Assembly (NCBI RefSeq): GCF_006864535.1
Contig: NZ_QHLL01000001.1
Coordinates: 129,597 to 193,596 of the forward strand
DNA: 64,000 nucleotides
Source: Campylobacter sp. MIT 12-8780
Lineage (GTDB): Bacteria > Campylobacterota > Campylobacteria > Campylobacterales > Campylobacteraceae
Direction: 5' to 3'
The notes under the pieces are model-generated. The model was not told the origin of the DNA. It did not search any database and saw only the letters and a program-made list of their open reading frames with translations. The position numbers and the translations under genes are program-made. The first letter of the stretch is position 1. Every line of letters begins with the position of its first letter. Positions 59,987-64,000 of this stretch are shown here, in pieces.

Positions 59987-60610
59987 TTAAAAACTATCTT
60001 CTTTTGTAATGATAGCAAATTTTTCGCTTATTATTTGCTTCGCCTCGTTTAATTCTAAATTTTTTATATCAATAGGATCAGAAATTCTATATCTAATCCT
60101 TGAAAAAGGCTTAGGTAAAATCATCTTATCCCAGCTCTTAAATTCCCAATACCTGCTTGCTTCATAGTTTAAAAGCACTATGGGAAGATTTTTTTTTTGA
60201 GCGATTAAAACCGAGCCATCAGAAATGCTCCTAAAAGGACCCCTTGGACCATCAGGCGTGATTACTACATCGTCATTTTGTTCTAAAACTTTAAAAGCTT
60301 TTCTAAGGACATTTGCACCACCTTTTGAAGAGCTTCCACGAATGGTATTGATACCAAAAAGCTCTATATTTTGAGTGATAAGCTCGCCATCTTTATGCTG
60401 AGAAATCACAACAAAAGCCTTTTTTTGCTTATGCTCAAAATACCTAAACGCAAAGGGCATTAACGCTAAACGCCCATGCCAAAATAAGATCACAAAGGGC
60501 TTATATTCAAGCCTTTGTCCTATATAGCTTTTCTTGCAAGTTAAAAACAAAAGCCATTGCAAGCAAAAAAGCACTCTTGCCAAAAAAGCTATTTTAAACT
60601 GCTTCCCCAT
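59987..60610 (-). CDS. DUF374-type lysophospholipid acyltransferase family protein
   Basis: ~207 aa from the internal ATG ([13 protein letters not shown]...). The ORF-track start at 60631 would overlap miaB by 38 nt. Sits immediately downstream of miaB. Confidence 0.55.
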   Translation of the reverse strand: MGKQFKIAFLARVLFCLQWLLFLTCKKSYIGQRLEYKPFVILFWHGRLALMPFAFRYFEHKQKKAFVVISQHKDGELITQNIELFGINTIRGSSSKGGANVLRKAFKVLEQNDDVVITPDGPRGPFRSISDGSVLIAQKKNLPIVLLNYEASRYWEFKSWDKMILPKPFSRIRYRISDPIDIKNLELNEAKQIISEKFAIITKEDSF

Positions 60611-61895
60611 ACAGCACCATACGCTTTGCATTCGTGATTTTCACGCGTTTTATCTGCCCTAAAAGCTCTTCACTTCCTTGAATTTGCACTAAGAAGTTAT
60701 TATTTGTTCTTCCAGCTACGGCTGAATTTGCACGAAGTTCTTCAAAAAGCACATCAAACTCGGCTCCATTGTGCTTAGCCACGATCTCATCTAAAATTTC
60801 ATTATGTCTAGTTTGTAGCTGAGTTAAACGTCTTGAAGCCGTAGCTTCATCAACTTGTTGAGGCATATTTGCAGCTGGAGTTAAAGGACGTTTTGAATAC
60901 TTGAAAGAAAAAATTTGCTCAAAACGCACTTTTTCAATCACTTGCATAGTCTCCTCAAAATCTTTTTCACTTTCTCCGGGAAACGCCACGATAATATCAG
61001 TTGAAATGCTTGCTGTAGGGCAAAGCTCTCTTAACTTAAAGGCTCTATTTAAATACCATTCTTTAGTATAACCTCGCTTCATTGCCTTTAAAATTTCATT
61101 TGAGCCGCTTTGTAAAGGCATATGCATAGCTTTGCATACTTTTTCATTATTTGCAAAAACTTTTAAAAATTTATCATCCATATGCAAAGGGTGAGGGCTG
61201 GTAAAGCGGATTCGCTCTAAATTTTCAATCTCACTTAAACGTTCAAGCAAATCAGGAAAGTCCATTTTTTCATGGACATTTGAAAAACGTTTGCCGTAGT
61301 TATTTACATTTTGTCCCAGCAAAAAAATCTCTTTTGCTCCCCTTTCAACAGCCTTTTGAGCTTCTTTAAAGATAATTGAAAAAGGGATAGACACCTCATC
61401 GCCCCTAGTATGTGGCACTATGCAGTAAGTGCAGTGCTTATCACAACCTATGCTGATATTGATAAAGCTTTTATAAAGGCTATTTCTAAAGTCTGCAAAA
61501 GCAAATTCGCTCTCATCAAAGTTTATATCCGTGCCTAAAAATTTAGGAGTTTTTACAGCTTGAGTAATCTTAGAAATATTTCTAGCGCCTAAAACAAAAT
61601 CCACATAAGGTGCGCGTTTAAAAATCTCACTTCCCAAATGCGAAGCCGTGCAACCGCAAACACCTATTTTTGCACCCTTTTTTTTCACTTTTTCAAAGCC
61701 ACCTACTTCGCTAAAAAGCTTATGCACTGGCTTTTCACGCACTGAGCAGGTATTGATAAGTATAAGATCAGCTTCTTTGATATCCTCAGTTAGGCTATAA
61801 TCTTCTTTTTGAGTGAGCTCAGCGATGATATGCTCGCTGTCTCTGACATTCATCGCGCAGCCTAAAGTTTGGATAAATAACTTCTTCGCGCTCAA
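60594..61895 (-). CDS. miaB: tRNA-2-methylthio-N6-dimethylallyladenosine synthase
   Basis: 433 aa. MTTase N-terminal domain ([15 protein letters not shown]), radical-SAM CDKHCTYC, and a C-terminal TRAM domain. Confidence 0.95.
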   Translation of the reverse strand: MSAKKLFIQTLGCAMNVRDSEHIIAELTQKEDYSLTEDIKEADLILINTCSVREKPVHKLFSEVGGFEKVKKKGAKIGVCGCTASHLGSEIFKRAPYVDFVLGARNISKITQAVKTPKFLGTDINFDESEFAFADFRNSLYKSFINISIGCDKHCTYCIVPHTRGDEVSIPFSIIFKEAQKAVERGAKEIFLLGQNVNNYGKRFSNVHEKMDFPDLLERLSEIENLERIRFTSPHPLHMDDKFLKVFANNEKVCKAMHMPLQSGSNEILKAMKRGYTKEWYLNRAFKLRELCPTASISTDIIVAFPGESEKDFEETMQVIEKVRFEQIFSFKYSKRPLTPAANMPQQVDEATASRRLTQLQTRHNEILDEIVAKHNGAEFDVLFEELRANSAVAGRTNNNFLVQIQGSEELLGQIKRVKITNAKRMVLYGEAV

Positions 61896-62140
61896 AGAAT
61901 ATGCACCTCATACATATAATCCTCATCATCAAGCCCATAACGCACAACTCGGTGATATACACTCAAACCCTTTTTTTCAAAATGAGCCACAAGAGCAAGT
62001 AAATCTTTATGTGAGTTTTCTTTATCAAAATAAAAAAAGCTCTGCCCTTCTTGATCAACAGCTTCTTCAATCTTTTTTAAAGCTATAGTTTTTGGCTTTT
62101 CGTGAGGTAATTCTCTTGCTAATTTTAAATCCATTTTCAC
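61892..62140 (-). CDS. small hypothetical protein upstream of miaB
   Basis: 82 aa ORF translationally coupled to miaB (ATGA overlap). Confidence 0.5.
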   Translation of the reverse strand: MKMDLKLARELPHEKPKTIALKKIEEAVDQEGQSFFYFDKENSHKDLLALVAHFEKKGLSVYHRVVRYGLDDEDYMYEVHIL

Positions 62141-62271
62141 TTCCTTGTAATTTAAATTTGTAATTCTAGCAAATTTTACTTTTAATTAAGCTTATTTTTA
62201 TACAATTTTATTCTAACTTTTCTTTACAAATCTACAGAAAATTAAATCACCAAAAAATAAAGGAGCATAAC

Positions 62272-63378
62272 ATGGAAAAAATCAGCGATATTATAGAATC
62301 TATTGCAAATGAAAAAAATTTAAAACTTGAAGCAGTCAAAGAAAAAGTCATCAAAGCCTTAATCAACACCGCAAAAAAAGTCTATGGCGAGCAGTATGAG
62401 TTTTTTGTCGATCCTAAAAATTTACAACTTTATCAAAAAATTCTCATCGTTGCTGATAGTGATGAAAGATTGCAAGATGATAACGAGCATTTTATCGCTA
62501 TTTCAAAAGCAAAAAAAGAAGCCCCAGAAGTCGAAGTGGGCGATGAGCTTACTTATGAATGCCCTTTAGAAAATTTAGGTAGAACAGCTGTTAATATCTT
62601 GCATAAAGAGCTAGAATACCACATACAAAAGCTTTTAGAAGAAACCATTTATGAAAAATACCAAAATATGATAGGGCAAATGGTTTTTGGAAGCGTAGTG
62701 CGAGTAGATAGCGAGGAAAACACTTTTATAGAAATAGACGAGCTTAGAGCCTTTTTACCAAGAAAAAACCGCATAAAGGGTGAAAAATTTAAAGTCGGCG
62801 ATGTAGTCAAAGCAGTCATTCGCAGAGTTTTTGCGGATAAAAACGGAATTCGTATCGAGCTTTCAAGAACAAGTCCGAAATTCCTTGAAGCCTTACTTGA
62901 AGCTGAAGTGCCAGAGATCAAAGATGGCTTGGTTAAAGTATATGCAAGCGCGAGAATTCCGGGCGAAAGAGCAAAAATCATCTTGCAAAGCTTGAGCGCA
63001 AGTGTTGATGCTATCGGCGCAACCGTAGGACAAAAAGGTGTAAGGATCAATGCAGTAAGTAAAGAACTTCACAATGAAAATATCGATTGTATCGAATACA
63101 GCGATGAAGTAGCCATACTTATCATGCGTGCCTTAGCTCCAGCGATCATCAGTTCAGTAAATTTAGAAGAACCTAAAAACGAAGATGAGCCTAAAATCGC
63201 TCTTGTTTCACTCAATAGCGAGCAAAAAAGCAAAGCTATAGGCAAAAGTGGCATTAATATACGTCTTGCTTCTATGCTTACAGGCTATGAAATCAAGCTT
63301 GTTGAACTTGGCACAGCAAGCAGTGCAAATAGCGAAGAGGCGATGAAAAATCTTGAAAATCTCTTTAAAAATGTCTAA
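62272..63378 (+). CDS. nusA: transcription termination/antitermination factor NusA
   Basis: 368 aa with an S1 domain (GQMVFGSVVRVD) and two KH domains. An AAAGGAG Shine-Dalgarno lies upstream. Confidence 0.9.
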   Translation: MEKISDIIESIANEKNLKLEAVKEKVIKALINTAKKVYGEQYEFFVDPKNLQLYQKILIVADSDERLQDDNEHFIAISKAKKEAPEVEVGDELTYECPLENLGRTAVNILHKELEYHIQKLLEETIYEKYQNMIGQMVFGSVVRVDSEENTFIEIDELRAFLPRKNRIKGEKFKVGDVVKAVIRRVFADKNGIRIELSRTSPKFLEALLEAEVPEIKDGLVKVYASARIPGERAKIILQSLSASVDAIGATVGQKGVRINAVSKELHNENIDCIEYSDEVAILIMRALAPAIISSVNLEEPKNEDEPKIALVSLNSEQKSKAIGKSGINIRLASMLTGYEIKLVELGTASSANSEEAMKNLENLFKNV

Positions 63379-63538
63379 AATAAAGATAAAAGCATAAAAG
63401 ATTTTTTTGCGTTTTTTTGCAATAATCCTTGTTTAATGTTTATAAACCTTAAAACTCTATAACAAAAAACGATGCTTTTAAACTGCAAAGTTTTATTATG
63501 ATATAAAAATATAAAGCAAGTCTTAGAAGGTTTTTACA

Positions 63539-64000
63539 ATGAAAAAGATTGTTTTGATAGCTTTGATTATTATTATATTTTCAGCGTGTGGAACGACTTT
63601 AAGCCGCTATCCTATGGAATATATAGGAGGTGCGTGCGTAAGAGGAACAAGCTCTATAAATGATAATGAACAAAAAGTAGGTATGCTTTATCATTTTAAT
63701 CTGGTTAGAAAATACACTATAGATATACCCGTTTGTTTTATTGGTATATATCCTGCTTTAATCGTTTATGGTGCTGATATCGTGATTTATAGTAGAATAT
63801 CAAGCAAACATGCTGATGAGGATATTTGCGAATTTAGATTAACAAAGTTTGAAAGAGTGCAGTGCTTAAGCGACTTTGCAATACAACAAAAAAACGAAAA
63901 TACAAAATACTACACCGACAATAAAGAACGTTTAGATAGTTACATCAATGTAAATGATGAGAAATACCAAATGCTAGAAATAGATAAAAAACAAAAATAG
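63539..64000 (+). CDS. hypothetical lipoprotein
   Basis: 153 aa with a signal peptide and lipobox IFSACG. The TAG stop falls at the window end. Confidence 0.5.
   Translation: MKKIVLIALIIIIFSACGTTLSRYPMEYIGGACVRGTSSINDNEQKVGMLYHFNLVRKYTIDIPVCFIGIYPALIVYGADIVIYSRISSKHADEDICEFRLTKFERVQCLSDFAIQQKNENTKYYTDNKERLDSYINVNDEKYQMLEIDKKQK

Noticed and set aside
1-64000. CRISPR arrays, insertion sequences, prophage or integrative elements
   Set aside because: There are no regularly spaced direct repeats, no transposase, integrase, recombinase or phage structural ORFs, no tRNA genes, and no abrupt GC-content island. The whole window looks like Campylobacter core chromosome.

Overview
This 64 kb window is AT-rich (~30% GC) Campylobacter chromosome. 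Gene content and order match C. jejuni-type core loci, for example lgt-frdCAB-DLP1-DLP2-Sel1 and the cetB/cetA-like energy-taxis pair. Recognisable housekeeping genes are htpG, purD, pnp, gpsA, gatB, atpB, radA, ispG, miaB, nusA, class II DAHP synthase, ridA and an LptD-like gene. No transposase, integrase, tRNA gene or CRISPR array is visible. Most of the window is ordinary core genome, and several of the items below (dynamin-like pair, 6S RNA) are probably already described in C. jejuni. The accessory-looking features are as follows.
(1) There are three full-length porA/MOMP paralogs within 10 kb. Copies 1 and 3 are near-identical, in inverted orientation, and even share their downstream terminator hairpin. 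Together they flank a ~7.7 kb segment that could invert or act as a gene-conversion cassette. A truncated fourth porin N-terminus lies inside that segment.
(2) There are three homopolymeric G/C tracts of exactly 10 nt, typical of contingency loci. One lies inside a phosphoethanolamine-transferase (EptA/EptC-like) gene and is currently in frame. One splits a TonB-dependent receptor into two ORFs, so the gene is currently OFF. One is intergenic, upstream of an acyl-carrier-protein / short-chain dehydrogenase / adenylating-enzyme cassette that looks like a glycan or lipid modification module.
(3) A ~190 nt GC-richer intergenic element lies upstream of purD. It has its own extended -10 box and a 5'/3' closing stem, consistent with 6S RNA (ssrS).
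(4) Membrane-remodelling genes are present: the bacterial dynamin-like pair, plus a flotillin gene next to a divergent TelA-like coiled-coil pair.
(5) Smaller observations are a protein with two canonical EF-hand loops, a dihydroorotase-like protein lacking the HxH metal motif, perfect inverted repeats at the frdC and cytochrome c peroxidase promoters, and a 9-bp tandem repeat inside frdC.
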